This document shows positions 51,041 to 59,718 of a stretch of 64,000 nucleotides of DNA, one piece after another (position 1 is the first letter of the stretch; every line of letters starts with the position of its first letter). Both the position numbers and the translations under genes were made by a program. This DNA is from a virus. Taxonomy: Duplodnaviria; Heunggongvirae; Uroviricota; Caudoviricetes. The DNA lies in the IMG/VR virus record IMGVR_UViG_3300027807_000001, positions 19,285-83,284 of that record, one strand, 5' to 3'. The notes beneath the pieces are model-generated. The model was not told where the DNA came from, searched no databases, and saw nothing but the letters and a program-made list of their open reading frames with translations.

Positions 51041-51082
51041 GAGTTAGCCACTCGCACGCCAGGTGCGGGTGCACAATTCATG
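51041..51082 (+). promoter_or_regulatory. bipartite leader element variant (GTTAGCCACTCGCACG-N-GGGTGCACAATTCATG)
   Basis: 3' flank identical to copies at 19778 and 50588; abuts ATG 51080. Confidence 0.4.
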
Positions 51083-51322
51083 ACGAATCAGAATAAAGCA
51101 AGAGGGGATGGAACAGATCTATGTTGTCTAGTTAACCCTTATAGACGGCATCGAAATTGTTCTTATGCTTTTTGCATAGCTCATTACTGGAACGAATCCC
51201 GCGCACGAGCAGGACTAGGGCCACTGCAAGACGTAGCAAATACTCTTGACGGCAAATGTATTCGATGTGGTAAGGATGCAAGCACTGAAGCTGAATGGGA
51301 GTACGTTGTTGAAGAAAGCTAG
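51080..51322 (+). CDS. LCC-family protein (LCCLVNP)
   Basis: MTNQNKARGDGTDLCCLVNPYRRHRNCSYAFC; close paralog of 52435-52686. Confidence 0.55.
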   Translation: MTNQNKARGDGTDLCCLVNPYRRHRNCSYAFCIAHYWNESRARAGLGPLQDVANTLDGKCIRCGKDASTEAEWEYVVEES

Positions 51323-51512
51323 GCTGTGCTGTTTAATAAACACCCACACAGCGTGTTCTGTTTGCGAAAAGAAGTGGTGTGCACCTCATTGGGTGCAGGA
51401 AGGGGCTAGTCATTATTTTTTCAAGACGGCGGGAAACCTCGAATACAGTTGCAACGGCTTATCTTTAATAAGAAGTGAACCTTGCGGAATCTACCTCAAA
51501 GTCTCTACTTGA
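51276..51512 (+). CDS. LCC-family mini-protein (LCCLINT), start uncertain
   Basis: KARLCCLINTHTACSVCEKKWC. Confidence 0.5.
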   Translation: MQALKLNGSTLLKKARLCCLINTHTACSVCEKKWCAPHWVQEGASHYFFKTAGNLEYSCNGLSLIRSEPCGIYLKVST

Positions 51513-51564
51513 GAAGCAAACTGAGATGCGGTTATAGTGATTCGAACAATCTTGGAGATAAATA

Positions 51565-51903
51565 ATGAAACCTGCCACTTTACTTTCTAGAGAAGATATT
51601 GTATTACTACTAGAGCGCGCGCGTAGCCGGCGAATGTTCAGCGCAGAGGACCTCAGAGAATTCGCTTCAAATCTGCCGGATGACAAAGCATTTGCGCTGT
51701 CGCGACTACTCCCGAAAGATATTCAAGAGAAACTTCTCTCTCATAGAGACCAGACCTTTGCAGACAAGGTATTAAACTTTTGGAGTTCAATTTCAAAGGA
51801 AGGAGCCTTAGTAGAAGTAACTAAGGCTAAGGTTGCCGATGATCAGTTTTTAGTAACTCATGCAATCCCGTTGCTTACACTTATTGGGGTTGAAGGTTAC
51901 TAA
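51565..51903 (+). CDS. hypothetical protein (112 aa)
   Basis: ATG ORF, not Cys-rich. Confidence 0.5.
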   Translation: MKPATLLSREDIVLLLERARSRRMFSAEDLREFASNLPDDKAFALSRLLPKDIQEKLLSHRDQTFADKVLNFWSSISKEGALVEVTKAKVADDQFLVTHAIPLLTLIGVEGY

Positions 51904-52081
51904 ATAGTAGGTGTTTATAGAGATGTTTATGCCACGCACTTGTAGTGAGTTGTAGCTCGTGAGCCCCAATAAAGGGGGTGCGTCTGGTTAGATTATTGAC
52001 GTACTCACCGAACTGCTAAAACAAGATCGTAATAGCGGTAATGTTCGGGAGATAAAAATCCGAATCCTGAGGATAGATTTT

Positions 52082-52285
52082 ATGCAGACAGATCAACAGT
52101 TGTGTTGCATTATTAATCCAAGGTTCACCTGCGATAGATGCAAACAAAAGAGTTGTGAGGACCATTTCTTCGCCTGGCGCAATATCCATAAGATACCTTC
52201 GTACAAAGAGTCGTTACACAACAACGCCCATTGGTATTGCGAAAGTGCACGAGGATATATCGGAAGATATGGTAGACCAGTCTAA
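52082..52285 (+). CDS. LCC-family mini-protein (LCCIINP)
   Basis: MQTDQQLCCIINPRFTCDRCKQKSC. Confidence 0.55.
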   Translation: MQTDQQLCCIINPRFTCDRCKQKSCEDHFFAWRNIHKIPSYKESLHNNAHWYCESARGYIGRYGRPV

Positions 52286-52454
52286 GCGCTTGTGCTGCAT
52301 CGTTAATGAGATCGTCAAATGCGAAGACTGCGGCTATGGTATTTGTAAAGGTCACTTCTTCAAGAAGAGGGCTAGCAGCAGAACAAGATGTCTAAAGTGT
52401 TTCCGCAAGCAGATCATGCGGCACAGGCAAGGGAATGAACAACCTAAAATCTAA
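52269..52454 (+). CDS. LCC-family mini-protein (LCCIVNE)
   Basis: MVDQSKRLCCIVNEIVKCEDCGYGIC. Confidence 0.55.
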   Translation: MVDQSKRLCCIVNEIVKCEDCGYGICKGHFFKKRASSRTRCLKCFRKQIMRHRQGNEQPKI

Positions 52455-52686
52455 AGGAGACGGTACAGATTTATGTTGTCTAATAGCGCCTATTCGGAAG
52501 TGTTTAAACTGCGGTCTTACGCTATGTAATGACCACTGGTGGAATTCTGCTAGGGATTTGTTAGGGCTGTCTCCTCTGCCGACAACCGGAGGGGAGGATC
52601 CCCACGCTGTATGCCCTAGATGTTTTTATGCCAAAAAAGCTACATCTAAAGAGTTAGAGAGCTTACGCACCTGGGAAATTGCATGA
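52435..52686 (+). CDS. LCC-family protein (LCCLIAP)
   Basis: KGDGTDLCCLIAPIRKCLNCGLTLC; paralog of 51080. Confidence 0.55.
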   Translation: MNNLKSKGDGTDLCCLIAPIRKCLNCGLTLCNDHWWNSARDLLGLSPLPTTGGEDPHAVCPRCFYAKKATSKELESLRTWEIA

Positions 52687-52913
52687 AGTATTTTACTAGA
52701 TGGGGATTTGAGCCAGGAAACGCCTCCACTGGATTCGAATTTGGTAATCGAGAATTATACTCAACTGATTGGGATCGACAAGAGAGATGGCGTCTAGTAG
52801 GGAATATCCTTACAGGATACATAGCTATCGGCCGCTTTAGAACAGCTCTTAAATTTTACCACCCCGGTTCCTGGCGATTCTATATGATTTTGGTTCATCC
52901 AACTCGCGGATAA
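52683..52913 (+). CDS. hypothetical protein (not Cys-rich)
   Basis: ATGA overlap; 76 aa. Confidence 0.45.
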   Translation: MKYFTRWGFEPGNASTGFEFGNRELYSTDWDRQERWRLVGNILTGYIAIGRFRTALKFYHPGSWRFYMILVHPTRG

Positions 52914-52929
52914 TTACGAGGGTTTCATA

Positions 52930-53151
52930 ATGAAACTTTGCTGTATCGTTAATCCCTACACCATATGCATTTGTAACATGCAGTTTTGCTCACAATGCCT
53001 CGGAGATACTTCTAGAGATTCCTCTTTAGGAGGAGGGCACATTGTGCAAGTGAACAGTGCATGGGATGGTCGAGGACGATGTACAGTTACTGGGAAGATA
53101 GTGATCTGCTCACCTAAGCAGAAGAATACCGACCCGTGGCGATTAATATAG
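52930..53151 (+). CDS. LCC-family mini-protein (LCCIVNP)
   Basis: MKLCCIVNPYTICICNMQFCSQC. Confidence 0.55.
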   Translation: MKLCCIVNPYTICICNMQFCSQCLGDTSRDSSLGGGHIVQVNSAWDGRGRCTVTGKIVICSPKQKNTDPWRLI

Positions 53152-53160
53152 AGAGGGCAG

Positions 53161-53358
53161 ATGGAGATTAAATGGTTTAAGAAGTACAGACCCCTCTGCT
53201 GCATCGTTAACCCAGTAGCATCTGAAGATACGCGTTCATACTACGATGGATACCAGACTTATGTGAAGAAAGTTTACTGCTGCGAAGCTGTAAACAGATG
53301 TGCTGATCATCATGCACCAGGATGTTGGAGAAGAATTAAGTGGCACCCGGTTGTTTAG
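53161..53358 (+). CDS. LCC-family mini-protein (LCCIVNP)
   Basis: YRPLCCIVNPVASEDTRSYYDGY. Confidence 0.55.
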   Translation: MEIKWFKKYRPLCCIVNPVASEDTRSYYDGYQTYVKKVYCCEAVNRCADHHAPGCWRRIKWHPVV

Positions 53359-53371
53359 TTTGTCTTATTAA

Positions 53372-53517
53372 TCCAACACCATCGCTGCCTAGCAAATGCT
53401 ATAGCTGTCTTGTAGAAGGAAAGTGCGCAGAGCATCATGCCGATAATTGTATAAGAAAAGTTATTTGGCGACTACAACAAAGTTTAGAAGAGTTATCGAA
53501 ACCATCCGAGGATTAAA
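53372..53517 (+). CDS. Cys-rich variant (LVCLINP...CYSC), GTG start
   Basis: shifted-Cys variant, short. Confidence 0.35.
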
Positions 53518-54785
53518 TGGACAAAATACAAAAAGCGCAGATAGCATTACTTACTTCTAATGGTATCTTCTACGCTGCCCTCATGCAACAGATGAATCGC
53601 ATTGAAGGGAAAGATGTCCTCCCTAAGGATGCTCTCGCTGCTGTTCTCGTCCAGAACGGTCGTATCAATCTTTATACGAACTGCGAACTCTACGACAAGT
53701 TTAATCTTGATCAGATGTGTCGAATCTTGGAGCATGAGATGCTCCACGTGATCTTAGAGCATGGTAGCCGTTGCCCGAGCGGCGCAGGTTCTCTGTGGAA
53801 TATCGCATCAGATCTTGCCGTTAATTCATTAATCCCCGGCATGGATTTAGGGCTTCTTCCTGGTAAAGATCAGTTCAAAGATTTCCCCCTTGCCAAGTCT
53901 GCCGAATTTTACTACGGTCTGTTAAAGGATAAGCAGGGCAAAGGCGACTTATCTATTGACAAAGATGGCGATGTAAGTATGAAGGGTAAGGGCGGAAAGA
54001 TGGAGAAGGTAAAGACGGGCAAGTGCCCCTCTACTGAAAAGAGCGATTCTAAGTCCTCCGACGCGGAAAAGCTTGCCAAAGAAGTAGTTAAGCAAGCGGT
54101 TGCAGAAGCGATGGCAGAATCGTCTAGAACAGCCGGCGGCGCTCCTGCTGGACTTGAATCTATCATTGATGATCTTCTGAAGAAGAGCACCGTTAATTGG
54201 AAAGCAGTCCTTCGCCAGTTCGTCGGCTCTGCAGTCAAGTGTGGATCCAAATCTACCTGGAAAAGACAGTCCCGTCGCTTTGGAGATACGCAGAAGGGCA
54301 AGATGCCCGACCGAATGTTAGAGGTGGCAGTCGCTATCGATACCTCGGGGTCTATCACAGATGAAGATCTTGCCGAGTTTGTTGGTGAGATGAAGGGTAT
54401 CTTGAAGTCATACAAGTCAAAGATTCACGTCGTTGAGTGTGGCACATCCGTCGACAGGGCCTACGATCTTAAGCCGCATACCAAGATCAATTCAAAGTTC
54501 TTCGGTCGCGGCGGCGGAGACTTACGCCCCCCGTATGAATACTTCAAGGAAAAGAGGAAGAAGCCCAATGTATTAGTGTATTTTACGGACTGCTATGAAC
54601 AAGCTCCCGACAAAGAAACTATCAAGACTTTGTGGGTACGACCGAGTCAGGTTGACGGTACTAAGCCGCCTGAGATGCCCTTTGGCAAAGTTCTGCAGAT
54701 CCCTCGCCGGGGAGATTCTAGATCAGGCTACTGCCCTATTTGTAATCAGCCGGGGTGTAATTGTAACACGGCGGCGCGTCGCTAA
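53517..54785 (+). CDS. vWA-domain protein with N-terminal HExxH putative metallopeptidase domain (MoxR partner type), paralog 1
   Basis: HEMLHVILEH near the N-terminus; MIDAS motif VAIDTSGSI in the C-terminal vWA domain; 422 aa. Confidence 0.75.
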   Translation: MDKIQKAQIALLTSNGIFYAALMQQMNRIEGKDVLPKDALAAVLVQNGRINLYTNCELYDKFNLDQMCRILEHEMLHVILEHGSRCPSGAGSLWNIASDLAVNSLIPGMDLGLLPGKDQFKDFPLAKSAEFYYGLLKDKQGKGDLSIDKDGDVSMKGKGGKMEKVKTGKCPSTEKSDSKSSDAEKLAKEVVKQAVAEAMAESSRTAGGAPAGLESIIDDLLKKSTVNWKAVLRQFVGSAVKCGSKSTWKRQSRRFGDTQKGKMPDRMLEVAVAIDTSGSITDEDLAEFVGEMKGILKSYKSKIHVVECGTSVDRAYDLKPHTKINSKFFGRGGGDLRPPYEYFKEKRKKPNVLVYFTDCYEQAPDKETIKTLWVRPSQVDGTKPPEMPFGKVLQIPRRGDSRSGYCPICNQPGCNCNTAARR

Positions 54786-54794
54786 GGATGATGA

Positions 54795-55025
54795 TTGAAT
54801 AAACTTTGCTGCCAAGTTAACACATACCTACTGTGTGAGGGATGTAACGCAAGGTGGTGTTTGACATTCCACATTAGTGGAATGTCAGAGGACCATCCTT
54901 ACGTCGGAGCAGACCGCTGGAGATGCCCTGTTGTCCAAGAAGTTCAGCGTCGCTATGCAGGAAGGCGCCATATCTTTTATGTTAGGGCTAACGAGGTAAA
55001 CCTAAATGGGTTACGCATTAACTAA
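54795..55025 (+). CDS. LCC-family mini-protein (LCCQVNT)
   Basis: MNKLCCQVNTYLLCEGCNARWC. Confidence 0.55.
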   Translation: MNKLCCQVNTYLLCEGCNARWCLTFHISGMSEDHPYVGADRWRCPVVQEVQRRYAGRRHIFYVRANEVNLNGLRIN

Positions 55026-55464
55026 GATACTTTTGTACGGAATTGAAGTTCCAGAAGAAGTAGCAGAGCGAATATATAACGACCCAGATTGCTACGACGA
55101 AGGTGAGTGTATTATCCTGGAAGCTCCGTATGAGGCAGGCGTATTGAAATCTATAAAGCACGAGCCCTGGATGGCTCAAGATGATGATAATTCTAGGTAC
55201 GAAGTAGAATTATTATCAGATGGAACAGACTCTAGAATCGAGTCACTTACATTTGAACCGGGATTTCAACATTACTTCGGAGTCTCATTGGCATTCAAGG
55301 GGTACGGCAGTGACGATAATCTGTCGGGAAAATTTCATCACCCAGTAACGGCTAAACATCCTGAAGCAATTGATAGGTGGAGCAAGTATGCTCTTCCTAT
55401 TTTATTAAAACACATGAAAGAAGTACCCAAGCCAGATTTGCATACAATAGGACAAACATGGTAG
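55006..55464 (+). CDS. hypothetical acidic protein (152 aa)
   Basis: ATG ORF. Confidence 0.5.
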   Translation: MGYALTKILLYGIEVPEEVAERIYNDPDCYDEGECIILEAPYEAGVLKSIKHEPWMAQDDDNSRYEVELLSDGTDSRIESLTFEPGFQHYFGVSLAFKGYGSDDNLSGKFHHPVTAKHPEAIDRWSKYALPILLKHMKEVPKPDLHTIGQTW

Positions 55465-55976
55465 AAGAGATTTGGAAGACAGTACCATCGAACGACGACT
55501 ACGCTGTGTCGAACTTTGGGCACATCAAGAGGACCAGGTGGGTCAATGGCGCCAAGCGCGCGGGTCGTTCTTTAGGATACAACTGCGAGAGCGGCTATAG
55601 AGAAGTAGCATTCTATGACACTAAGCATAGGAAGACAGTTAGACTTATACACCAAGTTGTCGCAGAAGCATTCTTAGGACCTTGCCCCCCAGGCAAAGAA
55701 ATTAATCATAAAGATGGGAATAAGCGTAACAATAGATTAGACAATCTGGAGTACGTGACTCCCAGCCAGAACATCCGGCATGCTATCGAGACAGGGCTAC
55801 TTGTACCTGTACGCGGGACTCAAGTCAGCACTTCTGTGCTAACGAACAGGCAAGTTCGGCGAATACGGGAGCGGTTTAAAAAAGGAGCGTCGATGTCGGA
55901 TATTGCTAGACGTCTCAAGATAGGATTGACTACTGTTTCGGACATTGTTAATCGGCGTACTTGGACACATATTTAA
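55458..55976 (+). CDS. HNH homing endonuclease with NUMOD4-like N-terminus and C-terminal HTH
   Basis: WKTVPSNDDYAVSNFGHIKR (NUMOD4-like), HQVVAEAF...NHKDGNKRNNRLDNLEYV (HNH core), C-terminal helix-turn-helix. Confidence 0.75.
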   Translation: MVEEIWKTVPSNDDYAVSNFGHIKRTRWVNGAKRAGRSLGYNCESGYREVAFYDTKHRKTVRLIHQVVAEAFLGPCPPGKEINHKDGNKRNNRLDNLEYVTPSQNIRHAIETGLLVPVRGTQVSTSVLTNRQVRRIRERFKKGASMSDIARRLKIGLTTVSDIVNRRTWTHI

Positions 55977-55997
55977 TAAGATGGTCCTGAGGAGAAT

Positions 55998-56276
55998 GTG
56001 AGCAGCCAGGATACTCTAGACGATGATAGAGCAGACAGAGTACCTTTCAACGGGCTCTGTTGTCAAACCAACCCTGTTCTGGTCTGTGAAGGGTGCGGCG
56101 TACGCTGGTGCAATGATCATGAACTATCATATAGATGGCGAGATGCTATCTCGCATAGGAACTTGGGATACTCTATACCGAAAAAAGAATGTTGTTGGGA
56201 TTGTCCAGTGGTGGGACACGTTCGACGCGTAGAGCCTCGCGTTAAAGACGCACCTTGGGCCTTCAGATCATTCTAA
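55998..56276 (+). CDS. LCC-family protein (LCCQTNP), GTG start
   Basis: GLCCQTNPVLVCEGCGVRWC; close to 54795 (CEGCNARWC). Confidence 0.5.
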   Translation: MSSQDTLDDDRADRVPFNGLCCQTNPVLVCEGCGVRWCNDHELSYRWRDAISHRNLGYSIPKKECCWDCPVVGHVRRVEPRVKDAPWAFRSF

Positions 56277-56336
56277 TCAGATTTACGCTAATACGCACCG
56301 GAGACTATATTCTATGTCCAATGCACCGAGCGGAAA

Positions 56337-56618
56337 ATGACTTTCAATAAAATCTTACTGGCGTATGCCATTGGATTTGTAGTCGCTCCATTTATTTCAG
56401 GTAAACTGGTCAAAGTGCCTCCCGAGCAAGCGGAGCAAAGAGTCTGGGTGGACTTGATTATCGCATGTATGTGGCCTGCATTCGCAGGATTTGTAATACT
56501 GCTAACGATCGTTAGTCTCCCCACCATTCTTAAAAATCTATCGAATAGACTCTCTGCTAAGTTAGAGGCTAAGCGGGAAGTCAAGAAAGTTCTAAGCGAT
56601 CTTGGAGTAAAAGAATGA
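56337..56618 (+). CDS. membrane protein (two transmembrane segments)
   Basis: hydrophobic. Confidence 0.5.
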   Translation: MTFNKILLAYAIGFVVAPFISGKLVKVPPEQAEQRVWVDLIIACMWPAFAGFVILLTIVSLPTILKNLSNRLSAKLEAKREVKKVLSDLGVKE

Positions 56619-57058
56619 CAGTATTCAATGTTACGTTGAAGGATAAGGATTATGTCATCAAAAGCTTTGATAAGATGAGAAACGTCAAAGCTATTAAACT
56701 CAAGAGACTGCTGGCGAAAGTTCCCGCTTGGGAAAGAGAAATAACGCGCCTTGAGGATACTACTCCCCTCGCTCTTCTGAAAGAAAGACTAGCTCTTCTA
56801 GAAAAGCTGTCTAAAGAAGAAGGGCTATCTTATAACAAACAAGGAACCCTTTCTTATTCAAAGGGGGCAGTCACTTTCGACGACCTTCGCAGCAGAATTT
56901 GCACACACCAAGACGGCTCTGTTTCTCTCGATGTATATGTCCCTAGGAGTAAGTATGGCGCGTACCGCTCACCGAGCGACAGGGTGTTGCGTATCTTCGT
57001 GGGAGATACCACACGAATAACTAACACAATCCTGCAGCACCTACTAAAGAAGGTGTGA
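56615..57058 (+). CDS. hypothetical protein (147 aa)
   Basis: ATGA overlap. Confidence 0.5.
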   Translation: MTVFNVTLKDKDYVIKSFDKMRNVKAIKLKRLLAKVPAWEREITRLEDTTPLALLKERLALLEKLSKEEGLSYNKQGTLSYSKGAVTFDDLRSRICTHQDGSVSLDVYVPRSKYGAYRSPSDRVLRIFVGDTTRITNTILQHLLKKV

Positions 57059-57173
57059 GTGCGTAGCATTAAAATGAACTTGCCTATCCCCTGCAAGCAA
57101 GTAATGGGTTTTCCTTCGTCTGAGAAAAACGGGGATGCCGTCACAATATACGAAAGGAAGAAAGGGTGATTCC

Positions 57174-57518
57174 ATGAAAATTGGACGAAAGGTGCTAGAA
57201 TCGTGGCGTCGATTCCTGAGTAATATTTTGATCGCCCTTGGAGCCAAGGAATATATGCCAGCGCCTGCACCCATCAACACAATTGAAGCCATACTCTCAA
57301 CTCTGAATGGTGGTCCAACGGGCCCCTGGGTAACCGTTGAAGGCTATCATGCGGTTTCAGTTCCGATAGTTAGTTCTAACTTCGTTAATTTTACTCCCCC
57401 AAATCCGGGCGGAATTATTTTGAAGACGTTTTTTAATACGGCAACGGGAGAGGTCCGCTTTTATGCGGCTAAGTTCCTGAATATCCCAGAGGGTGAGAGA
57501 GAGTTTCTTTTTCGGTAA
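57174..57518 (+). CDS. hypothetical protein
   Basis: SD AAGGGTGATTCC then ATG; track start 57135 is earlier. Confidence 0.45.
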   Translation: MKIGRKVLESWRRFLSNILIALGAKEYMPAPAPINTIEAILSTLNGGPTGPWVTVEGYHAVSVPIVSSNFVNFTPPNPGGIILKTFFNTATGEVRFYAAKFLNIPEGEREFLFR

Positions 57519-57702
57519 ATCTCATGTCCCCAGCTCCAACCAAAGCCGTTTTGGCCGAATCAGTTTCGCAATTAGCTCAAAAAGTCGTCGCGACGCGGAG
57601 TATGCAGGAGAAGTCTTTCTCTCGGAGAGAGTATAACTTTGCCATGTAACATCTTCTCCCCGGGTACTCCACTTGAATGTAGGAAGTAACTGTGATACCA
57701 CA

Positions 57703-57738
57703 CCTCACAAAAAGCCTCGTAGGCGTTTAGTATAATAT
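57703..57738 (+). promoter_or_regulatory. promoter-like element (copy 9)
   Basis: CCTCACAAAAAG-N16-TATAATAT; 67 nt upstream of ORF 57805. Confidence 0.5.
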
Positions 57739-57804
57739 ATTATCAGCGGTAACCGCGAATAGCTTATTGCTGGCAACAAAATATATCTCGTACGGAGAGA
57801 CAAA

Positions 57805-59016
57805 ATGTCTATGGACAAGATGCAGAAGGCGCTGATCCATCTGCTGGGCGGCGACGGCATCTTTTATGCATCTCTGTTGATGCAGATGAGAACAATTGAC
57901 GGGAAGGATCTCCCCAAGGATGCTCTCGCCGCGGTCTCCGTCCAAAACGGACGGATTCAGTTACACATTGATCCCCCTCGCTTAGAGCCATTTTCCGTTG
58001 ATCAGGTCGCCCGGATCTTAGAGCATGAGTGCTTACATCTTGTGCTAGAACACATCGGCCGCATGGAAAATCGGCACCCTTACCTTTGGAATATCGCTAC
58101 GGACCTTGCAGTGAATTCGTTGATCAACGGCATGGATATGGGATTGCTCTGCGGCAAGGAGCCTTTTACAGATATCCCTGAAAAGAAGTCGGCCGACTTC
58201 TACTACGCGATCCTTCGCGACAAATATGATATGAAGGAGGTTACCTTCAACGCCGACGGCACCGTTACCGTTAAAGATGGTAAGACCGGCAAATCGGTGA
58301 CGTTGAAGCCTACAGGTGATCATAAAGATTGGGAGAAGTCTTCGAGTTCCGCAGCTGAAGCTTTGGCGAAAGAGGTAATTAAGCAGGCGGTGGCAGAAGC
58401 CGCGGCTTCTGCCAAAGCTGCAGGCAAGTGGCCTGCGGGTGTGAAAGAGCTTGTTGACGACCTGCTTGGTGCAGAGAAGATTAACTGGAAGAGGTTGTTG
58501 CGCCAGTATATCGGTAATAAGGTTAAGTCTGGCCAAAAGAATTCATGGAAGCGAGAGAGTAAGCGATTCGGGGAGATGCAGAAAGGTAAGCTGAAGAATC
58601 GCATCGTTAAGATAGGTGTCGCTATCGATACCTCTGGGTCTGTCAGCTCTGCCGAACTTCAGGAATTCATGAACGAGATCAACGCTATCATGGGCTCTTA
58701 TAAGACAGATATTACGATCTTAGAGTGTGACGCTGCTGTGCAGAAAGTTTACACCATGAAAAGGCATATGAAGGTTGATCCTAAGTTCGCCGGCAGGGGA
58801 GGAACTTCTTTTATTCCTCCTTATGAATACTTCAAGGGCGTAGGCAAAGGTAAGCGCCCGGAGCTACTTGTGTATTTTACGGATGCTGAAGGAACTGCTC
58901 CTGCTACTGAAGAAATCAAGACCGTGTGGGTGATTACCTCTGCTTCTAGCATTGAAACCATGCCTTGGGGCAGAGTACTGAAAATTCCGCGAGATGAAGG
59001 AAAGAGGAAGCGCTAG
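57805..59016 (+). CDS. vWA-domain protein with N-terminal HExxH putative metallopeptidase domain, paralog 2
   Basis: HECLHLVLEH; VAIDTSGSV MIDAS motif; collinear with 53517-54785. Confidence 0.75.
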   Translation: MSMDKMQKALIHLLGGDGIFYASLLMQMRTIDGKDLPKDALAAVSVQNGRIQLHIDPPRLEPFSVDQVARILEHECLHLVLEHIGRMENRHPYLWNIATDLAVNSLINGMDMGLLCGKEPFTDIPEKKSADFYYAILRDKYDMKEVTFNADGTVTVKDGKTGKSVTLKPTGDHKDWEKSSSSAAEALAKEVIKQAVAEAAASAKAAGKWPAGVKELVDDLLGAEKINWKRLLRQYIGNKVKSGQKNSWKRESKRFGEMQKGKLKNRIVKIGVAIDTSGSVSSAELQEFMNEINAIMGSYKTDITILECDAAVQKVYTMKRHMKVDPKFAGRGGTSFIPPYEYFKGVGKGKRPELLVYFTDAEGTAPATEEIKTVWVITSASSIETMPWGRVLKIPRDEGKRKR

Positions 59017-59327
59017 TGGTAATTGCAGGGCTACTTATTGCTGTAGCAATACTAATCTGCGGCATACTTTACTTTCTCGGGATGGTCAGCGGCGTCCTTC
59101 GCAACCTAATCAAAGAGCTTAGGGAGGAAAGAGAATTAATCTTACTTCAGAAGCAAATCGTGTCACTTACTGCGAAGGAAGTAGCAATCCAGCGATCCCT
59201 GATTGACAAGCGGTACGAGATGATGGTCAATACTCTTACCATGATGAAGCTGATTGCTGACAAACAGGCTGACCCTGTTTGGGCAAAAAAGTTCGATGAA
59301 GGGCGTGAAAACTCGAAGTGGAATTAA
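59016..59327 (+). CDS. membrane-anchored coiled-coil protein
   Basis: ATGA/TAGTG overlap; N-terminal transmembrane segment. Confidence 0.5.
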   Translation: MVIAGLLIAVAILICGILYFLGMVSGVLRNLIKELREERELILLQKQIVSLTAKEVAIQRSLIDKRYEMMVNTLTMMKLIADKQADPVWAKKFDEGRENSKWN

Positions 59328-59328
59328 A

Positions 59329-59547
59329 ATGGAGAAGACACAGTATTACTGTGATAAGTGCGGCGAGGAAGACGAGCGCTGTCGGACTTGGCGTTTAGGT
59401 ACTACAAGCGGATCCTACGAGGTTCTCTTTATTCTTTGTCGCAAATGCAAGACTAAAGTCTTCGACGATTTCGTCTCGGGCCTAAAAAGTTACAGCGACC
59501 TTAAACGGGACTCCGTAGAAATTGTTAGAAGCGGAAGAGTTTTGTGA
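59329..59547 (+). CDS. zinc-ribbon protein (CDKCG...CRKC)
   Basis: ATG after previous stop; track start 59254 lies inside the previous gene. Confidence 0.45.
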   Translation: MEKTQYYCDKCGEEDERCRTWRLGTTSGSYEVLFILCRKCKTKVFDDFVSGLKSYSDLKRDSVEIVRSGRVL

Positions 59548-59556
59548 AAAGTACGT

Positions 59557-59712
59557 ATGAAATACTTTTGTAGCAACTGCGGTCTGGTAAATGACCCGGA
59601 GAAGTGTTCTTATTGTGACAATGAAGTTATTGAGGTCGTAGAAGAGAAGCCCAAGGTGAAAGTCTTCAAAGGACCAACTAAACTAAGCGACTTTGAAGAC
59701 GCAGGGGGATAA
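59557..59712 (+). CDS. zinc-ribbon protein (CSNCG...CSYC), 51 aa
   Basis: below track cutoff. Confidence 0.4.
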   Translation: MKYFCSNCGLVNDPEKCSYCDNEVIEVVEEKPKVKVFKGPTKLSDFEDAGG

Positions 59713-59718
59713 AATTAT

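Noticed and set aside
53912-54415. minus ORF of 167 aa
   Set aside because: Antisense to the vWA gene.
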